Source of the DNA: Eledone cirrhosa
Lineage: Eukaryota
Length of the DNA: 52,908 nt
Direction of reading: 5' to 3'
Assembly: GCA_964016885.1 (NCBI GenBank)
Contig: CAXHJY010000938.1
Span: 1 to 52,908 of the forward strand
Position numbers and translations under genes: made by a program. Below, piece after piece: positions 26,101-44,100 of this stretch (positions are counted from its first letter, which is position 1; each line of letters opens with the position of its first letter). Below the pieces are notes generated by a model. It was not told the DNA's origin. It saw nothing but the letters and a program-made list of their open reading frames with translations, and searched no databases.

Positions 26101-29100
26101 ACTGACTGACCTATCACACCTAACACACTGGACAACTTACTACTGACTGACCTATCACACCTAACACACTGGACTACTTACTACTGACTGACCTATCACA
26201 CCTAACACACTGGACAACTTACTACTGACTGACCTATCACACCTAACACACTGGACAACTTACTATTGACTGACCTATCACACCTAACACACTGGACAAC
26301 TTACTACTGACTGACCTATCACACCTAACACACTGGACAACTTACTACTGACTGACCTATCACACCTAACACACTGGACAACTTACTATTGACTGACCTA
26401 TCACACCTAACACACTGGACAACTTACTACTGACTGACCTATAACACCTAAGACACTGGACAACTTACTACTGACTGACCTATCACACCTAACACACTGG
26501 ACAACTTACTATTGACTGACCTATCACACCTAACACACTGGACAACTTACTATTGACTGACCTATCACACCTAACACACTGGACAACTTACTACTGACTG
26601 ACCTATCACACCTAACACACTGGACAACTTACTACTGACTGACCTATCACACCTAACACACTGGACAACTTACTATTGACTGACCTATCACACCTAACAC
26701 ACTGGACAACTTACTACTGACTGACCTATCACACCTAAGACACTGGACAACTTACTGCTGACTGACCTATCACACCTAACACACTGGACAACTTACTACT
26801 GACTGACCTATCACACCTAACACACTGGACAACTTACTACTGACTGACCTATCACACCTAACACACTGGATTACTTACTACTGACTGACCTATCACACCT
26901 AACACACTGGACAACTTACTACTGACTGACCTATCACACCTAACACACTGGACAACTTACTACTGACTGACCTATCACACCTAACACACTGGACAACTTA
27001 CTGCTGACTGACCTATCACACCTAACACACTGGACAACTTACTACTGACTGACCTATCACACCTAACACACTGGATTACTTACTACTGACTGACCTATCA
27101 CACCTAACACACTGGACAACTTACTACTGACTGACCTATCACACCTAACACACTGGACAACTTACTACTGACTGACCTATCACACCTAACACACTAGACA
27201 ACTTACTACTGACTGACCTATCACACCTAACACACTGGACAACTTACTACTGACTGACCTATCACACCTAACACACTAGACAACTTACTACTGACTGACC
27301 TATCACACCTAACACACTGGACAACTTACTACTGACTGCCCTATCACACCTAACACACTGGACAACTTACTACTGACTGACCTATCACACCTAACACACT
27401 GGATGACTTACTACTGACTGACCTATCACACCTAACACACTGGACAACTTACTGCTGACTGACCTATCACACCTAACACATTGGATTACTTACTATTGAC
27501 TGACCTATCACACCTAACACACTGGACAACTTACTACTGACTGACCTATCACACCTAACACACTGGACAACTTCCTACTGACTGACCTATTACACCTAAC
27601 ATACTGGACAACTTACTACTGACTGACCTATCACACCTAACACACTGGACTACTTATTACTGACTGACCTATCACACCTAACACACTGGACAACTTACTA
27701 CTGACTGACCTATCACACCTAACACACTGGACAACTTACTACTGACTGACCTATCACACCTAACACACTGGATTACTTACTACTGACTGACCTATCACAC
27801 CTAACACACTGGACAACTTACTACTGACTGACCTATCACACCTAACACACTGGACAACTTACTGCTGACTGACCTATCACACCTAACACACTGGACAACT
27901 TACTACTGACTGACCTATCACACCTAACACACTGGATTACTTACTACTGACTGACCTATCACACCTAACACACTGGACAACTTACTGCTGACTGACCTAT
28001 CACACCTAACACACTGGATTACTTACTACTGACTGACCTATCACACCTAACACACTGGATTACTTACTACTGACTGACCTATCACACCTAACACACTGGA
28101 CAACTTACTACTGACTGACCTATCACATCTAACACACTGGACAACTTACTACTGACTGACCTATCACACCTAACACACTGGATTACTTACTACTGACTGA
28201 CCTATCACACCTAACACACTGGACAACTTACTACTGACTGACCTATCACACCTAACACACTGGACAACTTACTGCTGACTGACCTATCACACCTAACACA
28301 CTGGACAACTTACTACTGACTGACCTATCACACCTAACACACTGGATTACTTACTACTGACTGACCTATCACACCTAACACACTGGACAACTTACTGCTG
28401 ACTGACCTATCACACCTAACACACTGGATTACTTACTATTGACTGACCTATCACACCTAACACACTGGATTACTTACTACTGACTGACCTATCACACCTA
28501 ACACACTGGACAACTTACTACTGACTGACCTATCACACCTAACACACTGGACAACTTACTGCTGACTGACCTATCACACCTAACACACTGGACAACTTAC
28601 TACTGACTGACCTATCACACCTAACACTCTGGATGACTTACTACTGACTGACCTATCACACCTAAGACACAGGACAACTTACTACTGACTGACCTATCAC
28701 ACCTAACACACTGGATGACTTACTATTGACTGACCTATCACACCTAACACACTGGACAACTTACTACTGACTGACCTATCACACCTAACACACTGGATGA
28801 CTTACTACTGACTGACCTATCACACCTAACACACTGGACAACTTACTACTGACTGACCTATCACACCTAACACACTGGACAACTTACTACTGACTGACCT
28901 ATCACACCTAACACACTGGATGACTTACTACTGACTGACCTATCACACCTAACACACTGGATTACTTACTACTGACTGACCTATCACACCTAACACACTG
29001 GACAACTTACTACTGACTGACCTATCACACCTAACACACTGGACAACTTACTACTGACTGACCTATCACACCTAACACACTGGACAACTTACTACTGACT

Positions 29101-32100
29101 GACCTATCACACCTAACACACTGGACAACTTACTGCTGACTGACCTATCACACCTAACACACTAGACAACTTACTGCTGACTGACCTATCACACTGGACA
29201 ACTTACTACTGACTGACCTATCACACCTATCACACTGGACGACTTATTACTGACTGACCTATCACACCTAACACACTGGATGACTTACTACTGACTGACC
29301 TATCACACCTATCACACTGGACGACTTACTACTGACGGACCTATCACACCTAACACACTGGATGACTTACTACTGACTGACCTATCACACTGGACAACTT
29401 ACTACTGACTGACCTATCACACCTAACACACTGGACAACTTACTACTGACTGACCTATCACACCTAACACACTGGACAATTTACTACTGACTGACCTATC
29501 ACACCTAACACACTGGACAATTTACTACTGACTGACCTATCACACCTAACACACTGGACAACTTACTACTGACTGACCTATCACACCTAACACACTGGAC
29601 AACTTACTACTGACTGACCTATCACACCTAACACACTGGACAACTTACTACTGACTGACCTATCACACCTAACACACTGGACAACTTACTACTGACTGAC
29701 CTATCACACCTAACACACTGGATTACTTACTACTGACTGACCTATCACACCTAACACACTGGACAACTTACTACTGACTGACCTATCACACCTAACACAC
29801 TGGACAACTTACTGCTGACTGACCTATCACACCTAACACACTGGACAACTTACTACTGACTGACCTATCACACCTAACACACTGGATTACTTACTACTGA
29901 CTGACCTATCACACCTAACACACTGGACAACTTACTGCTGACTGACCTATCACACCTAACACACTGGATTACTTACTATTGACTGACCTATCACACCTAA
30001 CACACTGGATTACTTACTACTGACTGACCTATCACACCTAACACACTGGACAACTTACTACTGACTGACCTATCACACCTAACACACTGGACAACTTACT
30101 GCTGACTGACCTATCACACCTAACACACTGGCCAACTTACTACTGACTGACCTATCACACCTAACACTCTGGATGACTTACTACTGACTGACCTATCACA
30201 CCTAAGACACAGGACAACTTACTACTGACTGACCTATCACACCTAACACACTGGATGACTTACTATTGACTGACCTATCACACCTAACACACTGGACAAC
30301 TTACTACTGACTGACCTATCACACCTAACACACTGGATGACTTACTACTGACTGACCTATCACACCTAACACACTGGACAACTTACTACTGACTGACCTA
30401 TCACACCTAACACACTGGACAACTTACTACTGACTGACCTATCACACCTAACACACTGGATGACTTACTACTGACTGACCTATCACACCTAACACACTGG
30501 ATTACTTACTACTGACTGACCTATCACACCTAACACACTGGACAACTTACTACTGACTGACCTATCACACCTAACACACTGGACAACTTACTACTGACTG
30601 ACCTATCACACCTAACACACTGGACAACTTACTACTGACTGACCTATCACACCTAACACACTGGACAACTTACTGCTGACTGACCTATCACACCTAACAC
30701 ACTAGACAACTTACTGCTGACTGACCTATCACACTGGACAACTTACTACTGACTGACCTATCACACCTATCACACTGGACGACTTATTACTGACTGACCT
30801 ATCACACCTAACACACTGGATGACGTACTACTGACTGACCTATCACACCTATCACACTGGACGACTTACTACTGACGGACCTATCACACCTAACACACTG
30901 GATGACTTACTACTGACTGACCTATCACACTGGACAACTTACTACTGACTGACCTATCACACCTAACACACTGGACAACTTACTACTGACTGACCTATCA
31001 CACCTAACACACTGGACAACTTACTACTGACTGACCTATCACACCTAACACACTGGACAACTTACTACTGACTGACCTATCACACCTAACACACTGGACA
31101 ACTTACTACTGACTGACCTATCACACCTAACACACTGGACAATTTACTACTGACTGACCTATCACACCTAACACACTGGACAATTTACTACTGACTGACC
31201 TATCACACCTAACACACTGGACAACTTACTACTGACTGACCTATCACACCTAACACACTGGACAACTTACTACTGACTGACCTATCACACCTAACACACT
31301 GGACAACTTACTACTGACTGACCTATCACACCTAACACACTGGACAACTTACTACTGACTGACCTATCACACCTAACACACTGGACAACTTACTACTGAC
31401 TGACCTATCACACCTAACACACTGGACAACTTACTACTGACTGACCTATCACACCTAACACACTGGACAACTTACTACTGACTGACCTATCACACTGGAC
31501 AACTTACTACTGACTGACCTATCACACCTAACACACTGGACAACTTACTACTGACTGACCTATCACACCTAACACACTGGACAACTTACTACTGACTGAC
31601 CTATCACACTGGACAACTTACTGCTGACTGACCTATCACACTGGACGACTTACTACTGACTGACCTATCACACCTATCACACTGGACAACTTACTACTGA
31701 CTGACCTATCACACCTAACACACTGGATTACTTACTACTGACTGACCTATCACACCTAACACACTGGATAACTTACTACTGACTGACCTATCACACCTAA
31801 CACACTGGACTACTTACTACTGACTGACCTATCACACCTAACACACTGGACAACTTACTACTGACTGACCTATCACACCTAACACACTGGACAACTTACT
31901 ACTGACTGACCTATCACACCTAACACACTGGACAACTTACTACTGACTGACCTATCACACCTATCACACTGGACAACTTACTACTGACTGACCTATCACA
32001 CTGGACGACTTACTACTGACTGACCTATCACACCTATCACACTGGACTACTTACTACTGACTGACCTATCACACTGGACGACTTACTACTGACTGACCTA

Positions 32101-35100
32101 TCACACCTATCACACTGGACAACTTACTACTGACTGACCTATCACACCTAACACACTGGATGACTTACTATTGACTGACCTATCACACCTAACACACTGG
32201 ACTACTTACTACTGACTGACCTATCACACCTATCACACTGGATGACTTACTACTGACTGACCTATCACACCTAACACACTGGACTACTTAATACTGACTG
32301 ACCTATCACACCTAACACACTGGACAACTTACTATTGACTGACCTATCACACCTAACACACTGGACAACTTACTACTGACTGACCTATCACACCTAACAC
32401 ACTGGACAACTTACTACTGACTGACCTATCACACTGGACTACTTACTACTGACTGACCTATCACACCTAACACACTGGACAACTTACTACTGACTGACCT
32501 ATCACACCTAACACACTGGACTACTTACTACTGACTGACCTATCACACCTAACACACTGGACTACTTACTACTGACTGACCTATCACACCTAACACACTG
32601 GACAACTTACTACTGACTGACCTATCACACCTAACACACTGGACGACTTACTACTGACTGACCTATCACACCTAACACACTGGACAACTTACTGCTGACT
32701 GACCTATCACACCTAACACACTGGACAACTTACTACTGACTGACCTATCACACCTAACACACTGGACAACTTACTACTGACTGACCTATCACACCTAACA
32801 CACTGGACAACTTACTGCTGACTGACCTATCACACCTAACACACTGGACAACTTACTACTGACTGACCTATCACACCTAACACACTGGACAACTTACTAC
32901 TGACTGACCTATCACACCTAACACACTGGACAACTTACTGCTGACTGACCTATCACACCTAACACACTGGACAACTTACTGCTGACTGACCTATCACACC
33001 TAACACACTGGACAACTTACTACTGACTGACCTATCACACCTAACACACTGGACAACTTACTACTGACTGACCTATCACACCTAACACACTGGACAACTT
33101 ACTACTGACTGACCTATCACACCTAACACACTGGACAACTTACTACTGACTGACCTATCACACCTAACACACTGGACAACTTACTACTGACTGACCTATC
33201 ACACCTAACACACTGGACAACTTACTACTGACTGACCTATCACACCTAACACACTGGACAACTTACTGCTGACTGACCTATCACACCTAACACACTGGAC
33301 AACTTACTACTGACTGACCTATCACACCTAACACACTGGACAACTTACTACTGACTGACCTATCACACCTAACACACTGGACAACTTACTACTGACTGAC
33401 CTATCACACCTAACACACTGGACAACTTACTACTGACTGACCTATCACACCTAACACACTGGACAACTTACTGCTGACTGACCTATCACACCTAACACAC
33501 TGGACAACTTACTACTGACTGACCTATCACACCTAACACACTGGACAACTTACTGCTGACTGACCTATCACACCTAACACACTAGACAACTTACTACTGA
33601 CTGACCTATCACACCTAACACACTGGACAACTTACTACTGACTGACCTATCACACCTAACACACTGGACAACTTACTACTGACTGACCTATCACACCTAA
33701 CACACTGGACAACTTACTGCTGACTGACCTATCACACCTAACACACTGGACAACTTACTGCTGACTGACCTATCACACCTAACACACTGGACAACTTACT
33801 ACTGACTGACCTATCACACCTAACACACTAGACAACTTACTGCTGACTGACCTATCACACCTAACACACTGGACAACTTACTGCTGACTGACCTATCACA
33901 CCTAACACACTAGACAACTTACTGCTGACTGACGTACCACACCTAACACACTGGACAACTTACTACTGACTGACCTATCACACCTAACACACTAGACAAC
34001 TTACTGCTGACTGACCTATCACACCTAACACACTGGACAACTTACTACTGACTGACCTATCACACCTAACACACTGGACAACTTACTACTGACTGACCTA
34101 TCACACCTAACACACTAGACAACTTACTGCTGACTGACCTATCACACCTAACACACTGGACAACTTACTACTGACTGACCTATCACACCTAACACACTGG
34201 ACAACTTACTGCTGACTGACCTATCACACCTAACACACTGGACAACTTACTACTGACTGACCTATCACACCTAACACACTGGACAACTTACTGCTGACTG
34301 ACCTATCACACCTAACACACTGGACAACTTACTACTGACTGACCTATCACACCTAACACACTGGACAACTTACTGCTGACTGACCTATCACACCTAACAC
34401 ACTGGACAACTTACTACTGACTGACCTATCACACCTAACACATTAGACAACTTACTACTGACTGACCTATCACACCTAACACACTGGACAACTTACTACT
34501 GACTGACCTATCACACCTAACACACTGGACAACTTACTACTGACTGACCTATCACACCTAACACACTGGACAACTTACTGCTGACTGACCTATCACACCT
34601 AACACACTGGACAACTTACTACTGACTGACCTATCACACCTAACACACTGGATTACTTACTACTGACTGACCTATCACACCTAACACACTGGATTACTTA
34701 CTACTGACTGACCTATCACACCTAACACACTGGACAACTTACTGCTGACTGACCTATCACACCTAACACACTGGACAACTTACTACTGACTGACCTATCA
34801 CACCTAACACACTGGATTACTTACTACTGACTGACCTATCACACCTAACACACTGGACAACTTACTACTGACTGACCTATCACACCTAACACACTGGACA
34901 ACTTACTACTGACTGACCTATCACACCTAACACACTGGACAACTTACTGCTGACTGACCTATCACACCTAACACACTGGACAACTTACTACTGACTGACC
35001 TATCACACCTAACACACTGGACAACTTACTACTGACTGACCTATCACACCTAACACACTGGACAACTTACTACTGACTGACCTATCACACCTAACACACT

Positions 35101-38100
35101 GGACAACTTACTGCTGACTGACCTATCACACCTAACACACTGGACAACTTACTACTGACTGACCTATCACACCTAACACACTGGACAACTTACTACTGAC
35201 TGACCTATCACACCTAACACACTGGACAACTTACTGCTGACTGACCTATCACACCTAACACACTGGACAACTTACTACTGACTGACCTATCACACCTAAC
35301 ACACTGGACAACTTACTACTGACTGACCTATCACACCTAACACACTGGATGACTTACTACTGACTGACCTATCACACCTAACACACTGGACAACTTACTA
35401 CTGACTGACCTATCACACCTAACACACTGGACAACTTACTGCTGACTGACCTATCACACTGGACAACTTACTACTGACTGACCTATCACACCTATCACAC
35501 TGGACGACTTACTATTGACTGACCTATCACACCTAACACACTGGATAACTTACTACTGACTGACCTATCACACCTAACACACTGGATAACTTACTACTGA
35601 CTGACCTATCACACCTAACACACTGGACAATTTACTACTGACTGACCTATCACACCTAACACACTGGACAACTTACTACTGACTGACCTATCACACTGGA
35701 CAACTTACTACTGACTGACCTATCACACCTAACACACTGGACAACTTACTACTGACTGACCTATCACACCTAACACACTGGACAACTTACTACTGACTGA
35801 CCTATCACACTGGACAACTTACTGCTGACTGACCTATCACACTGGACGACTTACTACTGACTGACCTATCACACCTATCACACTGGACAACTTACTACTG
35901 ACTGACCTATCACACCTAACACACTGGACAACTTACTACTGACTGACCTATCACACCTAACACACTGGATAACTTACTACTGACTGACCTATCACACCTA
36001 ACACACTGGACTACTTACTACTGACTGACCTATCACACCTAACACACTGGACAACTTACTACTGACTGACCTATCACACCTAACACACTGGACAACTTAC
36101 TACTGACTGACCTATCACACCTAACACACTGGACAACTTACTACTGACTGACCTATCACACCTAACACACTGGACAACTTACTACTGACTGACCTATCAC
36201 ACTGGACGACTTACTACTGACTGACCTATCACACCTATCACACTGGACTACTTACTACTGACTGACCTATCACACTGGACGACTTACTACTGACTGACCT
36301 ATCACACCTATCACACTGGACAACTTACTACTGACTGACCTATCACACCTAACACACTGGATGACTTACTACTGACTGACCTATCACACCTAACACACTG
36401 GACTACTTACTACTGACTGACCTATCACACCTAACACACTGGACAACTTACTATTGACTGACCTATCACACCTATCACACTGGATGACTTACTACTGACT
36501 GACCTATCACACCTAACACACTGGACTACTTACTACTGACTGACCTATCACACCTAACACACTGGACAACTTACTATTAACTGACCTATCACACCTAACA
36601 CACTGGACAACTTACTACTGACTGACCTATCACACCTAACACACTAGACAACTTACTACTGACTGACCTATCACACCTAACACACTGGACAACTTACTAC
36701 TGACTGACCTATCACACTGGACTACTTACTACTGACTGACCTATCACACCTAACACACTGGACAACTTACTACTGACTGACCTATCACACCTAACACACT
36801 GGACAACTTACTACTGACTGACCTATCACACCTAACACACTGGACAACTTACTGCTGACTGACCTATCACACCTAACACACTGGACAACTTACTACTGAC
36901 TGACCTATCACACCTAACACACTGGACAACTTACTACTGACTGACCTATCACACCTAACAAACTGGACAACTTACTACTGACTGACCTATCACACCTAAC
37001 ACACTGGACAACTTACTACTGACTGACCTATCACACCTAACACACTGGACAACTTACTACTGACTGACCTATCACACCTAACACACTGGACTACTTACTA
37101 CTGACTGACCTATCACACCTAACACACTGGACAACTTACTACTGACTGACCTATCACACCTAACACACTGGACAACTTACTACTGACTGACCTATCACAC
37201 CTAACACACTGGACAACTTACTAATGACTGACCTATCACACCTAACACACTGGACAACTTACTACTGACTGACCTATCACACCTAACACACTGGACGACT
37301 TACTACTGACTGACCTATCACACCTAACACACTGGACAACTTACTACTGACTGACCTATCACACCTAACACACTGGACAACTTACTACTGACTGACCTAT
37401 CACACCTAACACACTGGACAACTTACTACTGACTGACCTATCACACCTAACACACTGGACAACTTACTACTGACTGACCTATCACACCTAACACACTGGA
37501 CAACTTACTACTGACTGACCTATCACACCTAACACACTGGACAACTTACTACTGACTGACCTATCACACCTAACACACTGGACAACTTACTGCTGACTGA
37601 CCTATCACACCTAACACACTGGACAACTTACTACTGACTGACCTATCACACCTAACACACTGGACAACTTACTACTGACTGACCTATCACACTGGACAAC
37701 TTACTGCTGACTGACCTATCACACTGGACGACTTACTACTGACTGACCTATCACACCTATCACACTGGACAACTTACTACTGACTGACCTATCACACCTA
37801 ACACACTGGACAACTTACTACTGACTGACCTATCACACCTAACACACTGGATAACTTACTACTGACTGACCTATCACACCTAACACACTGGACTACTTAC
37901 TACTGACTGACCTATCACACCTAACACACTGGACAACTTACTACTGACTGACCTATCACACCTAACACACTGGACAACTTACTACTGACTGACCTATCAC
38001 ACCTAACACACTGGACAACTTACTACTGACTGACCTATCACACCTAACACACTGGACAACTTACTACTGACTGACCTATCACACTGGACGACTTACTACT

Positions 38101-41100
38101 GACTGACCTATCACACCTATCACACTGGACTACTTACTACTGACTGACCTATCACACTGGACGACTTACTACTGACTGACCTATCACACCTATCACACTG
38201 GACAACTTACTACTGACTGACCTATCACACCTAACACACTGGATGACTTACTACTGACTGACCTATCACACCTAACACACTGGACTACTTACTACTGACT
38301 GACCTATCACACCTAACACACTGGACAACTTACTATTGACTGACCTATCACACCTATCACACTGGATGACTTACTACTGACTGACCTATCACACCTAACA
38401 CACTGGACTACTTACTACTGACTGACCTATCACACCTAACACACTGGACAACTTACTATTGACTGACCTATCACACCTAACACACTGGACAACTTACTAC
38501 TGACTGACCTATCACACCTAACACACTAGACAACTTACTACTGACTGACCTATCACACCTAACACACTGGACAACTTACTACTGACTGACCTATCACACT
38601 GGACTACTTACTACTGACTGACCTATCACACCTAACACACTGGACAACTTACTACTGACTGACCTATCACACCTAACACACTGGACAACTTACTACTGAC
38701 TGACCTATCACACCTAACACACTGGACAACTTACTGCTGACTGACCTATCACACCTAACACACTGGACAACTTACTACTGACTGACCTATCACACCTAAC
38801 ACACTGGACAACTTACTACTGACTGACCTATCACACCTAACAAACTGGACAACTTACTACTGACTGACCTATCACACCTAACACACTGGACAACTTACTA
38901 CTGACTGACCTATCACACCTAACACACTGGACAACTTACTACTGACTGACCTATCACACCTAACACACTGGACTACTTACTACTGACTGACCTATCACAC
39001 CTAACACACTGGACAACTTACTACTGACTGACCTATCACACCTAACACACTGGACAACTTACTACTGACTGACCTATCACACCTAACACACTGGACAACT
39101 TACTAATGACTGACCTATCACACCTAACACACTGGACAACTTACTACTGACTGACCTATCACACCTAACACACTGGACGACTTACTACTGACTGACCTAT
39201 CACACCTAACACACTGGACAACTTACTACTGACTGACCTATCACACCTAACACACTGGACAACTTACTACTGACTGACCTATCACACCTAACACACTGGA
39301 CAACTTACTACTGACTGACCTATCACACCTAACACACTGGACAACTTACTACTGACTGACCTATCACACCTAACACACTGGACAACTTACTACTGACTGA
39401 CCTATCACACCTAACACACTGGACAACTTACTACTGACTGACCTATCACACCTAACACACTGGACAACTTACTGCTGACTGACCTATCACACCTAACACA
39501 CTGGACAACTTACTACTGACTGACCTATCACACCTAACACACTGGACAACTTACTACTGACTGACCTATCACACCTAACACACTGGACAACTTACTACTG
39601 ACTGACCTATCACACCTAACACACTGGACAACTTACTACTGACTGACCTATCACACCTAACACACTGGACAACTTACTACTGACTGACCTATCACACCTA
39701 ACACACTGGACTACTTACTACTGACTGACCTATCACACCTAACACACTGGACAACTTACTACTGACTGACCTATCACACCTAACACACTGGACAACTTAC
39801 TGCTGACTGACCTATCACACCTAACACACTGGATTACTTACTACTGACTGACCTATCACACCTAACACACTGGATTACTTACTACTGACTGACCTATCAC
39901 ACCTAACACACTGGACAACTTACTACTGACTGACCTATCACACCTAACACACTGGACTACTTACTGCTGACTGACCTATCACACCTAACACACTGGATTA
40001 CTTACTACTGACTGACCTATCACACCTAACACACTGGACAACTTACTGCTGACTGACCTATCACACCTAACACACTGGACAACTTACTACTGACTGACCT
40101 ATCACACCTAACACACTGGACAACTTACTACTGACTGACCTATCACACCTAACACACTGGACAACTTACTACTGACTGACCTATCACACCTAACACACTG
40201 GACAACTTACTACTGACTGACCTATCACACCTAACACACTGGATGACTTACTACTGACTGACCTATCACACCTAACACACTGGATGACTTACTACTGACT
40301 GACCTATCACACCTAACACACTGGACAACTTACTACTGACTGACCTATCACACCTAACACACTGGATGACTTACTACTGACTGACCTATCACACCTAACA
40401 CACTGGACAACTTACTGCTGACTGACCTATCACACCTAACACACTGGACAACTTACTACTGACTGACCTATCACACCTAACACACTGGACAACTTACTGC
40501 TGACTGACCTATCACACCTAACACACTGGACAACTTACTACTGACTGACCTATCACACCTAACACACTGGACAAATTACTACTGACTGACCTATCACACC
40601 TAACACACTGGACAACTTACTGCTGACTGACCTATCACACCTAACACACTGGACAACTTACTACTGACTGACCTATCACACCTAACACACTGGACAACTT
40701 ACTACTGACTGACCTATCACACCTAACACACTGGACAACTTACTGCTGACTGACCTCTCACACCTAACACACTGGACAACTTACTACTGACTGACCTATC
40801 ACACCTAACACACTGGACAACTTACTACTGACTGACCTATCACACCTAACACACTGGATTACTTACTACTGACTGACCTATCACACCTAACACACTGGAC
40901 AACTTACTACTGACTGACCTATCACACCTAACACACTGGACAACTTACTACTGACTGACCTATCACACCTAACACACTGGACAACTTACTACTGACTGAC
41001 CTATCACACCTAACACACTGGACAACTTACTGCTGACTGACCTATCACACCTAACACACTGGACAACTTACTACTGACTGACCTATCACACCTAACACAC

Positions 41101-44100
41101 TGGACAACTTACTACTGACTGACCTATCACACCTAACACACTGGACAACTTACTACTGACTGACCTATCACACCTAACACACTGGACAACTTACTGCTGA
41201 CTGACCTATCACACCTAACACACTGGACAACTTACTACTGACTGACCTATCACACCTAACACACTGGACAACTTACTACTGACTGACCTATCACACCTAA
41301 CACACTGGACAACTTACTGCTGACTGACCTATCACACCTAACACACTAGACAACTTACTACTGACTGACCTATCACACCTAACACACTGGACAACTTACT
41401 GCTGACTGACCTATCACACCTAACACACTAGACAACTTACTACTGACTGACCTATCACACCTAACACACTGGACAACTTACTGCTGACTGACCTATCACA
41501 CCTAACACACTGGACAACTTACTGCTGACTGACCTATCACACCTAACACACTGGACAACTTACTACTGACTGACCTATCACACCTAACACACTGGACAAC
41601 TTACTGCTGACTGACCTATCACACCTAACACACTGGACAACTTACTACTGACTGACCTATCACACCTAACACACTGGACAACTTACTGCTGACTGACCTA
41701 TCACACCTAACACACTGGACAACTTACTACTGACTGACCTATCACACCTAACACACTGGACAACTTACTGCTGACTGACCTATCACACCTAACACACTGG
41801 ACAACTTACTTCTGACTGACCTATCACACCTAACACACTGGACAACTTACTGCTGACTGACCTATCACACCTAACACACTAGACAACTTACTACTGACTG
41901 ACCTATCACACCTAACACACTGGACAACTTACTACTGACTGACCTATCACACCTAACACACTGGACAACTTACTACTGACTGACCTATCACACCTAACAC
42001 ACTGGACAACTTACTGCTGACTGACCTATCACACCTAACACACTGGACAACTTACTACTGACTGACCTATCACACCTAACACACTAGACAACTTACTACT
42101 GACTGACCTATCACACCTAACACACTGGACAACTTACTACTGACTGACCTATCACACCTAACACACTGGACAACTTACTGCTGACTGACCTATCACACCT
42201 AACACACTGGACAACTTACTACTGACTGACCTATCACACCTAACACACTGGATTACTTACTACTGACTGACCTATCACACCTAACACACTGGATTACTTA
42301 CTACTGACTGACCTATCACACCTAACACACTGGACAACTTACTGCTGACTGACCTATCACACCTAACACACTGGACAACTTACTACTGACTGACCTATCA
42401 CACCTAACACACTGGATTACTTACTACTGACTGACCTATCACACCTAACACACTGGACAACTTACTACTGACTGACCTATCACACCTAACACACTGGACA
42501 ACTTACTACTGACTGACCTATCACACCTAACACACTGGACAACTTACTGCTGACTGACCTATCACACCTAACACACTGGACAACTTACTACTGACTGACC
42601 TATCACACCTAACACACTGGACAACTTACTACTGACTGACCTATCACACCTAACACACTGGACAACTTACTACTGACTGACCTATCACACCTAACACACT
42701 GGATGACTTACTACTGACTGACCTATCACACCTAACACACTGGACAACTTACTACTGACTGACCTATCACACCTAACACACTGGACAACTTACTGCTGAC
42801 TGACCTATCACACTGGACAACTTACTACTGACTGACCTATCACACCTAACACACTGGACAACTTACTACTGACTGACCTATCACACCTAACACACTGGAT
42901 GACTTACTACTGACTGACCTATCACACCTAACACACCTGACTACTTACTACTGACTGACCTATCACACCTAACACACTGGACAACTTACTATTGACTGAC
43001 CTATCACACCTATCACACTGGATGACTTACTACTGACTGACCTATCACACCTAACACACTGGACTACTTACTACTGACTGACCTATCACACCTAACACAC
43101 TGGACAACTTACTATTGACTGACCTATCACACCTAACACACTGGACAACTTACTACTGACTGACCTATCACACCTAACACACTGGATGACTTACTACTGA
43201 CTGACCTATCACACCTAACACACTAGACAACTTACTACTGACTGACCTATCACAACTAACACACTGGAGAACTTACTACTGACTGACCTATCACACTGGA
43301 CTACTTACTACTGACTGACCTATCACACCTAACACACTGGACAACTTACTACTGACTGACCTATCACACCTAACACACTGGACTACTTACTACTGACTGA
43401 CCTATCACACCTAACACACTGGACTACTTACTACTGACTGACCTATCACACCTAACACACTGGACAACTTACTACTGACTGACCTATCACACCTAACACA
43501 CTGGACAACTTACTACTGACTGACCTATCACACCTAACACACTGGACAACTTACTACTGACTGACCTATCACACCTAACACACTGGACAACTTACTGCTG
43601 ACTGACCTATCACACCTAACACACTGGACAACTTACTACTGACTGACCTATCACACCTAACACACTGGACAACTTACTGCTGACTGACCTATCACACCTA
43701 ACACACTGGACAACTTACTACTGACTGACCTATCACACCTAACACACTGGACAACTTACTACTGACTGACCTATCACACCTAACACACTGGACAACTTAC
43801 TGCTGACTGACCTATCACACCTAACACACTGGACAACTTACTACTGACTGACCTATCACACCTAACACACTGGACAACTTACTACTGACTGACCTATCAC
43901 ACCTAACACACTGGACAACTTACTGCTGACTGACCTATCACACCTAACACACTGGACAACTTACTACTGACTGACCTATCACACCTAACACACTGGACAA
44001 CTTACTACTGACTGACCTATCACACCTAACACACTGGATTACTTACTACTGACTGACCTATCACACCTAACACACTGGACAACTTACTACTGACTGACCT

